Shown here in pieces: positions 57,634-64,000 of a stretch of DNA of 64,000 nucleotides; the first letter of the stretch is position 1, and every line of letters begins with the position of its first letter. Location: IMG/VR virus record IMGVR_UViG_3300017909_003066, positions 32,001 through 96,000 of that record, one strand, 5' to 3'. The DNA comes from a virus. Lineage: Duplodnaviria > Caudoviricetes. The notes under the pieces are model-generated. The model saw only the letters and a program-made list of their open reading frames with translations. It was not told the origin of the DNA and did no database searches. Position numbers and translations under genes: made by a program.

Positions 57634-59285
57634 TACGCAAAGTAACTAAGACTATATGTGAGGGTTCCTACGCCGTTGCCGATTGGATTGCGATATTTGA
57701 CTGCAACTGTTTCACTACCAGTAGTTGAGTCTAAATCATCTAATGTGCATGACCATTCAATTGCTCCGTCACTGTTTCCTGTATGACTGTGACTGTCGGT
57801 TAAATTAACACTAGAATTGTTAAGTGTGATAGTTAATCTGCCTTGTCTTGTTGTGTCTGAACTTGTACCTGATTTGACAATTAGATAATCAACATAAGCA
57901 AATTTATCTTTAGTGAATGGAATCTTTAAAATTTGAGTTGGTGCATCAACTTCTGATAAAGTTTCTTTTTTAACTCTTGATCTTGTATAATGAAAACCGT
58001 CTACGTTAGGTTTAAATGGAGTACTTATTAAACCTGATTCATTTATAAATGCATCTCTTTCAAAAAAGTCTCCTATGCTTTCACATAAAGGAGTATCAAA
58101 TTTAATAACACTAGTTTGCGGAGCATTTTGACCATTACTGTTATTAGCAACATCTAAGAAATTATTTCCTGTTGATGTATGTCCCCATGGTGTTGTGTTG
58201 TTTGGTGCGTGAACGGCAATGCCAAAATCATCTATTTTATCAAAGTTATTGTTTTTTATAATATAGTGTCTTGGTCCTTGTGATTGACTACCGCTACCTG
58301 AACTTGTTCTTGCTAGGTCAATACCAACATGTCCAAATGTAAACACTGATTCAGATATTGTTACACCATGTGTATCGTAAATGCTGTAAATGTGTACACT
58401 GTTTTTTGTAAAATGACATTTACTAATTACAATATTTTCACTTGTTAATGCACCTAAGCCTCTAATATCAATACCTACTTGATTAACATCTAAACCTTGT
58501 AGTGATACCCACTTACCTTCAAATTTACAATCATTAATTACACTTTCAGTTGTGTTGTCTAAATATAGTTGTGGTGCATATACTCCTACTGAACTATTTG
58601 TTTTGAAACTTAATCCTGATAGTAATATATGTTTTGGCCTTGCAATACTTCCCATGTTTGCAAATTTAATATAATTACCCGGTGTGCTATCTCCACCAAC
58701 AGTTTGGAAAATTGCTTTTGCAGTTGGAGTATTCTCTTGTGGGTCAGGAAACATTTCAATCACAGTACTATCTGGACCGTCGCCGACTAAATTTGCATAT
58801 GGCGGAATGTAAATTGTTTTAATTACTTTGTAAGTTCCTGCTTCAATTTTTAAAGTTCTTCTTGATTTTGCATCAAACTTATCACTTGAATTAAGAAATA
58901 TTTGATCTATTGCTCTTTGAAGTGCATCAGAATCATCTGTAACACCATCACCAACTGCTCCAAATGATTTAATAGAAACAATATCATCTAATCTTTTTTG
59001 TATTGTTCTTTTAATAGGATCATTTGCAAACTCTCCAGTCTGTACAGTTGCACCAGTATTACCTTTAAATTCATATTGATCTAAAAGATCAAATATATTT
59101 GTTTTTGTAGTAAGAATTTCTGTGTTACCCACAGCAGGTGCACCTTCATTTACACTTCCATTACCTATATATAATTTCTGTGTATCTACTGCCCACCCTA
59201 ATTCAGCACTCGCTAGTTGTGGAATACCTGTAGTAGTTTCTTTACCTCTACGATGCTGTATTTTAGATATTTGTACGACTGCCAC
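57633..59285 (-). CDS. Virion protein with beta-helix (pectate-lyase-3-like) domain
   Basis: IQHRRG..L...ELGW..D...LYIG N-terminus; IKSFGAVGDGVTDDS.A.Q.AI; GTG start with AGGAG RBS. Confidence 0.8.
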   Translation of the reverse strand: MAVVQISKIQHRRGKETTTGIPQLASAELGWAVDTQKLYIGNGSVNEGAPAVGNTEILTTKTNIFDLLDQYEFKGNTGATVQTGEFANDPIKRTIQKRLDDIVSIKSFGAVGDGVTDDSDALQRAIDQIFLNSSDKFDAKSRRTLKIEAGTYKVIKTIYIPPYANLVGDGPDSTVIEMFPDPQENTPTAKAIFQTVGGDSTPGNYIKFANMGSIARPKHILLSGLSFKTNSSVGVYAPQLYLDNTTESVINDCKFEGKWVSLQGLDVNQVGIDIRGLGALTSENIVISKCHFTKNSVHIYSIYDTHGVTISESVFTFGHVGIDLARTSSGSGSQSQGPRHYIIKNNNFDKIDDFGIAVHAPNNTTPWGHTSTGNNFLDVANNSNGQNAPQTSVIKFDTPLCESIGDFFERDAFINESGLISTPFKPNVDGFHYTRSRVKKETLSEVDAPTQILKIPFTKDKFAYVDYLIVKSGTSSDTTRQGRLTITLNNSSVNLTDSHSHTGNSDGAIEWSCTLDDLDSTTGSETVAVKYRNPIGNGVGTLTYSLSYFA

Positions 59286-59318
59286 GTTTATCTCCTAATC
59301 ATTAACAGTATTTATTAT

Positions 59319-60011
59319 TTAGAAGTGATGTTTGTCGTAGTAAGTTTCAACCCTTTTCATCCATTCACTGCACCAATGCTCAAATTCGCTTGGTTGTAGG
59401 TCAAATTGTTGGTATTGTAAGTCTCTAGAACACATGAATACATGTCCTTCGTTGATATTAGTGCCATATACTTCGTTGTGTGCCATTGCATACGCGGCCA
59501 ACTGCAAATAATAATCTTCAACCCACTCTTTTTTCTTAGGTTTGTTAGTCTGTTTGAAGTCCATTATAGCAGGTTTACCTTTGTATTGTCCTACTAGATC
59601 AGTGGTACCACTGTATAAACCAGGATAATAAAGTGCTTGTTCTATTCCCCATATTTCATCTACATCTGTTAGTGCATTTGTAATAATTTGTTCTGCCATT
59701 TTATTTGCTTGAACATGTACTAAATTTTTACCTGGCATTCTTTCTTCGCCAATTAAAAATCTTTCTAGATTGTTGTGCATAGCAGTTCCTACACCTGCCG
59801 CTTCGGTTGTAATGCGTTTAGCATTTTCTTCTCCAACACGTTTCTTCCAAGCAATTAAATGTGTCATGTCTTTTGTCTTGCTTAAAATTGTAGTTACACT
59901 TGGAGTTTTAGAACCGTCGGGTGCTTCGTATAATCTTTTGCCGTCTAAATTTATTTGTTTAATTTTAACGTAATTTATTTTTTCCACATAAGGTGGTGGT
60001 GCATTTGTCAT
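59319..60011 (-). CDS. PD-(D/E)xK exonuclease (Cas4/RecB-like phage exonuclease)
   Basis: PSVTTIL, GT..H, E, G..D, DFK and QL.AY motifs. Confidence 0.9.
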   Translation of the reverse strand: MTNAPPPYVEKINYVKIKQINLDGKRLYEAPDGSKTPSVTTILSKTKDMTHLIAWKKRVGEENAKRITTEAAGVGTAMHNNLERFLIGEERMPGKNLVHVQANKMAEQIITNALTDVDEIWGIEQALYYPGLYSGTTDLVGQYKGKPAIMDFKQTNKPKKKEWVEDYYLQLAAYAMAHNEVYGTNINEGHVFMCSRDLQYQQFDLQPSEFEHWCSEWMKRVETYYDKHHF

Positions 60012-60069
60012 TACTCTATTTCCTATAGGCTAACTGTAATTATATAATAGTTGAGGGGTGAATGTCAAG

Positions 60070-60420
60070 TTATGAACGTTTCTTTGTTGCTCGTTTTGCC
60101 ATCTTTTCTACATTATCTGTAGGAGATGAATCAACATTGTCCAAAGTTCCGTCAGTATCTTTTTGAATTTCTGTGTTTAAAACAACACCATCTTGGTCAA
60201 AGTTCTTTACAGTTGCTTGTAAATCTGGACTTTGATCAAACACACTTTTGAATATTCCGTAATCAAAAGAACCATGTCCTGATGCTTTCATCAAGTTTGT
60301 AATTGCATTGTAAGAAAGTTCTGCAGGACTATTAGATTGATTAGCACGTTGTATTTGGTTTCTAAAAAGTAATACCAAATCTTGTTCTAGTTCATTTCCT
60401 GCTAATTCAAACAGTCTCAT
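60070..60420 (-). CDS. Hypothetical protein (probable head-associated)
   Basis: MRLFEL N-terminus; AGGAG RBS. Confidence 0.65.
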   Translation of the reverse strand: MRLFELAGNELEQDLVLLFRNQIQRANQSNSPAELSYNAITNLMKASGHGSFDYGIFKSVFDQSPDLQATVKNFDQDGVVLNTEIQKDTDGTLDNVDSSPTDNVEKMAKRATKKRS

Positions 60421-60429
60421 GTCGACTCC

Positions 60430-61575
60430 TTAAGAAGCCAGTGTCTTTAAAATATTGTTTGACTCTGTAACTGTTTTTTGCTTGGGTTGATAACTTTCAC
60501 GCTTTTCTCTACCTTCTTCTTCTTCTCCTCCGGTAGCAGGTTCTGATGCACCAAACTCATCTGTTGGCTCTTCTGCAGGATCAATTGGGTCCACAGGTTC
60601 TGAAATATCACCTTCTGGGTCATCACCAATAGTATCTACTGGTCCACCTTCTCCTGTAATTATGCCAACACCTTGTGTTAATGCTTCACGTGATGTTGTT
60701 AAAACTTCTTGTGTTTGTTCTAATGCTGGTTTAATAGTTGCAACAAATGCCTCTGACTTTTCAATTCCCATTTCGTCTCTAATAGAATCTGCAAGTTCTA
60801 ACATTCCTTCTGCACCCATTTCAGCAACGTCTTCTAAAAATGCAGTAAATCTATCTACCATATCTTTAGCCGCCATAACTAATTCAGCACTTTCTTCTGC
60901 ACCTTCATTAACAACTTTGCTTTCGCCTACTGCTTCTGGCATTCCACGTTTAAGTGCTTTTAATCTTTGTACGCCTTGCATGTTTAAGAATGGTTCCATC
61001 ATTGCCTGCATAGCATCTCTGAATCCTTCTATTTGTTGTTTGTTTAAAGGTTTGCCTTGTAGAATTTTTTCAATAGCCATTCTTGCCATATTTGCTTGAC
61101 TTGGATCATCCATTACTGCTCTTAAGGCTGTCATCACTTTTGAATCTGTTTTAACATTTTTGTCTGCGTTAGGATCTACATCTGTTTCAGGTCCTGGATT
61201 ATCATCTGTATTATCATTTGGATTTGCTTCTGCAAAATCTCTTTGTACATCAGCATCATCATCACCAACTTCAATAACGTCTTCGCCTAAGTCTTCATCG
61301 TCTGCTACTTCTAGGGGATTATCAATGTATTGATTAATAGCAGATTCAACTATTTTGCTTATTAGTAATGTTTTTTGATATTCATCATTACCTAATGATT
61401 CATTAAAGTTGTTTTTTACTTCGAATTCTTTTAATTTATTTTGTATTTTTGTACTATACGATTCTAACTGTTCTTTGCTGTATTTTGCAATATCAACAGT
61501 TACACCGTATTTGTTACGTAGATCCTTCTGAAGTGTTTCTACTGTAACTTCTTTCATAAAATCAGATGTTTTCAT
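60430..61575 (-). CDS. Acidic putative prohead core/scaffold-like protein
   Basis: Highly acidic; multiple (F/V/I)xE sites (FNES, VNEG, VTES); late promoter. Confidence 0.55.
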   Translation of the reverse strand: MKTSDFMKEVTVETLQKDLRNKYGVTVDIAKYSKEQLESYSTKIQNKLKEFEVKNNFNESLGNDEYQKTLLISKIVESAINQYIDNPLEVADDEDLGEDVIEVGDDDADVQRDFAEANPNDNTDDNPGPETDVDPNADKNVKTDSKVMTALRAVMDDPSQANMARMAIEKILQGKPLNKQQIEGFRDAMQAMMEPFLNMQGVQRLKALKRGMPEAVGESKVVNEGAEESAELVMAAKDMVDRFTAFLEDVAEMGAEGMLELADSIRDEMGIEKSEAFVATIKPALEQTQEVLTTSREALTQGVGIITGEGGPVDTIGDDPEGDISEPVDPIDPAEEPTDEFGASEPATGGEEEEGREKRESYQPKQKTVTESNNILKTLAS

Positions 61576-61603
61576 TTGTTATATCCCCTAACGTTATATA
61601 GTG

Positions 61604-62092
61604 TTATTTAGTGTCGAACAGCAAAGTTTCTGCCTGATCTAGAAGTTCATCTACTTGCTGTTTTGCACTGTTATATCTAGGTGTATATTGATCTATACGT
61701 GCTTCAAACATATCTATACGCATTTCATTACCTTGTTGTTCAGCAATTTTGAGTTGATATTTGAATATCCGTATTTCATTATACCATCTAAGATAGTCAT
61801 TGTCTGCATTAAGCAACTCTTTTTCATCAAAGTCAACTTTATTACCTAAATATATTGCTATTGCTACTGCTATTTTGAAGTTACCAATATCTTTATAGTA
61901 AACTCTCTTAGGATTATGTAAATTTCTAATGTCATAATACCCGTCCCTATTTTTTTTAATATAGGTGTGTAAGTATTTTACACCGCCGTCATGACTGACA
62001 GGCAAAACAAAGCCACTTGTTTTCAGTCTTGTTTTGACTGCCTGTGCCGTTTCCGCAAAGGTGTTTACTAGTTTTTTAACTTCAGGTTTCAT
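61604..62092 (-). CDS. Hypothetical protein
   Basis: ORF in operon context. Confidence 0.65.
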   Translation of the reverse strand: MKPEVKKLVNTFAETAQAVKTRLKTSGFVLPVSHDGGVKYLHTYIKKNRDGYYDIRNLHNPKRVYYKDIGNFKIAVAIAIYLGNKVDFDEKELLNADNDYLRWYNEIRIFKYQLKIAEQQGNEMRIDMFEARIDQYTPRYNSAKQQVDELLDQAETLLFDTK

Positions 62093-62117
62093 GAATTAAA
62101 TTGTAACAATAAACTTA

Positions 62118-62723
62118 CTAAAATGCAAGATCTTTTTTATCAAATTTAATAGTTTTTGGAGATCCAGGTGCTTTCTTCTTTGGTGTAAATTCTACTTCAC
62201 TACCAGTAACGTTTTTTACTTTCATAGGCATTGGTTTTGTTTTCTTTGGATCTTTTGGATCTGTCATAGGCACACTTACTTCTTGTCCTCTTTGTAATTG
62301 AGTTTGTTGTGTTCCTTGACTACCTGTACTTCCTATTGTTCCTTGCGTACTTTTATTTTGGTTTGCTAATTTATTTGCTGTGTCTGTTGCAAAACTCTGT
62401 GCTTTATCTCGAGCCATGTTTTGTGCACCTTGTTTAATTCTATTACCTGTGCTTCTTGCAAGATTACTTGCTCCTTGACCTACACTTCTGCCAACCTTAC
62501 TTGCAACGTTGCCAGCACCTCTTGCCAATGCGCCTGCACCTCTTGCCAATGCGCCTGCACCTCTAACGGCCGCCATTGCACCTGCTCTTGCTACCCCACC
62601 GGCTACTGCACCTAGAGCCCCTATGACTGGTAACACTTCATCAAGTTGTTCTTCTGTTAAGTCTTGATTAAGAATAACTTGTTTAAATTCTTTGTGCTTA
62701 GAATCTATTTCATCAATACGCAT
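62118..62723 (-). CDS. Gly/Ala-rich putative internal virion protein
   Basis: MRIDEI...LTEEQLDE followed by an amphipathic Gly/Ala segment. Confidence 0.6.
   Translation of the reverse strand: MRIDEIDSKHKEFKQVILNQDLTEEQLDEVLPVIGALGAVAGGVARAGAMAAVRGAGALARGAGALARGAGNVASKVGRSVGQGASNLARSTGNRIKQGAQNMARDKAQSFATDTANKLANQNKSTQGTIGSTGSQGTQQTQLQRGQEVSVPMTDPKDPKKTKPMPMKVKNVTGSEVEFTPKKKAPGSPKTIKFDKKDLAF
62515..62564. repeat. 21-bp tandem repeat (about 2.4 copies) encoding GAGALAR
   Basis: GCACCTCTTGCCAATGCGCCT x2 plus partial copy. Confidence 0.85.
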
Positions 62724-63058
62724 CAGTTTTTAAACCTTCTTCTAGGTACTTTTGGTGTTCTTGCTACATTTTTCTGTGCGATCGCTCTACTTACTCCACT
62801 ACCTTTTTTAGTAAATTTAGCCTTCATTGCAGTCATGCTTGGTTTCTTTGTTCTTGTAATTTTCATAGTTCTTTTCTTTTGTGTATCAATTGGTGCATGA
62901 CAGGTTGACATTTTAGCAACAATACGTCCTTTACGTGGGCCACTTACACACCTAAACTTACGTGTAATTTTTCCTTTACCTTTACCACCAGTTGCACCAG
63001 ATCTACCAAAAGTAAATCTACCACCTGCTTTTTCTGATATGAATTCTACTGCTCTCAT
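62723..63058 (-). CDS. Basic putative prohead core protein, paralog A
   Basis: RKFRCVSGPRKGRIVA....C.AP; MRAVEFISE N-terminus. Confidence 0.55.
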   Translation of the reverse strand: MRAVEFISEKAGGRFTFGRSGATGGKGKGKITRKFRCVSGPRKGRIVAKMSTCHAPIDTQKKRTMKITRTKKPSMTAMKAKFTKKGSGVSRAIAQKNVARTPKVPRRRFKN

Positions 63059-63330
63059 CTTCTATTCATAAACTTTAATGCTCTTGAAGCCGGATTTGTT
63101 CTCTTAGTTCTTTTAGAACGCATAGCCATCCTTCTAGCAAGTTTTTTCCTTGTGATACGCATTTTCATTCTTGCTTTAATATTAGGTGGAGCAAAGCACT
63201 GTTGAGGATTAGCAACGATGCGTCCATGGCGTTTGCCTCCAACACAACGATACTTACGCACTAGGCTTTTACCTTTGCGTCCCCAAATTTGTTTCTCCGT
63301 GAGATTATTAAAAAGTTCTACTAGTAGCAT
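63055..63330 (-). CDS. Basic putative prohead core protein, paralog B
   Basis: RKYRCVGGKRHGRIVA....CFAP; TAAATA-N5-ATG. Confidence 0.55.
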   Translation of the reverse strand: MLLVELFNNLTEKQIWGRKGKSLVRKYRCVGGKRHGRIVANPQQCFAPPNIKARMKMRITRKKLARRMAMRSKRTKRTNPASRALKFMNRR

Positions 63331-63344
63331 AGCAGTATTTAGTT

Positions 63345-63584
63345 TTATTGTGCGTTGATAAGGATTACTACGATTGTAGATAATAGACCTGCAATGATTG
63401 TTCCTGCTGATCCTATAATAACTTTAACTAGTGATGAGTGTGATTTACCTAAGTCATCATGTATATGTGCAACTTTCGTTTCTACGTTGCCTAGTCTTCT
63501 TTCTAGGTTATCGTAACGATGTTGACATAGTTCAACATGTGCTTCAAGATTTTCTTTTTCAATGTCTGCGGCACCTTTTGCCAT
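63345..63584 (-). CDS. Coiled-coil protein with C-terminal TM
   Basis: LEAHVELC..RY..L..RL..VE; terminal hydrophobic helix. Confidence 0.65.
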   Translation of the reverse strand: MAKGAADIEKENLEAHVELCQHRYDNLERRLGNVETKVAHIHDDLGKSHSSLVKVIIGSAGTIIAGLLSTIVVILINAQ

Positions 63585-63668
63585 TGTTTTTATTCTCCGT
63601 AAACGCTGAAATCAGCATTAAAGTCAATGAGCCTAGTTGTGCCTGAGTAATTGCTATAACAAATGTAT

Positions 63669-63998
63669 TTATACAACTTGAATGGAAATATTGGTTTTGC
63701 CTTTGTCTTTAACTACAAACATTTTAGGATTAGGAATAGTTTCTTCTAACCCACCTATAATAGGTATAAATGTAAAATCTTCTTTTAATAACCCTACATT
63801 ATCATCGGTTGTTTTGTAAGCATCTGCATGATCTACAACGAATTCATAAGTCCAAACTTTGTGTTCACCTTTGTAGTCTGACCCAAATCCTAAACCGTTT
63901 ACATCTACAGTTTGTACATAAGGATCATTATTAGATTCAATTAAGTTACGTAGATTGATGGTTTGAATAAGTGTTTGAAAGTTCTGTTGTTGATGTAC
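63669..63998 (-). CDS. Hypothetical protein (partial, begins beyond the window end)
   Basis: Open frame VHQQQNFQTLIQ...SIQVV* to the window edge. Confidence 0.65.
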   Translation of the reverse strand, partial: VHQQQNFQTLIQTINLRNLIESNNDPYVQTVDVNGLGFGSDYKGEHKVWTYEFVVDHADAYKTTDDNVGLLKEDFTFIPIIGGLEETIPNPKMFVVKDKGKTNISIQVV

Positions 63999-64000
63999 TT

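Noticed and set aside
59319-60011. Cas4-like nuclease as evidence of a CRISPR system
   Set aside because: No repeat-spacer array or other cas genes seen; this is a common stand-alone phage exonuclease

Overview
AT-rich, gene-dense segment of a large lytic T4-like (myovirus-type) phage genome, mostly encoded on the minus strand with the standard genetic code. T4-like hallmarks are a gp9/gp10-type baseplate N-terminus, a PAAR spike tip, TAAATA late promoters, nrdAB plus glutaredoxin, and putative prohead-core proteins. The host is probably a marine alphaproteobacterium, inferred from a Shemin-pathway ALA synthase and an alphaproteobacterial-type permuted tmRNA. Accessory content includes Fe-S assembly (IscA, SufT), Cu/Zn SOD, UvsE, KDO/LPS genes, QueD, two ClpP plus ClpX and ClpS, Hsp20, bS21, GuaC, peroxiredoxin, four 2OG-Fe(II) oxygenases, a hemA/hemO/pcyX bilin pathway and 7 tRNAs. 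The most notable observations are: (1) a two-piece permuted tmRNA (tag ADENLALAA) whose 203-nt intervening segment carries a complete protein gene, in a genome that also encodes ClpXP; (2) a curli-type secretion operon (CsgF, CsgG, two curlin-repeat proteins) interleaved with a FecR protein and followed by a CHASE2 adenylate cyclase, suggesting a trans-envelope signalling system; (3) a fixed TAAATA-N5-ATG architecture at about 14 genes, implying leaderless late mRNAs; (4) a shared capsid-targeting-like N-terminus on SOD, a nuclease-like protein and a HEXXH protein; (5) a tRNA-Ile(UAU) with a long variable arm and a tRNA-Arg(GCG). All protein calls come from motif recognition by eye, not database searches.
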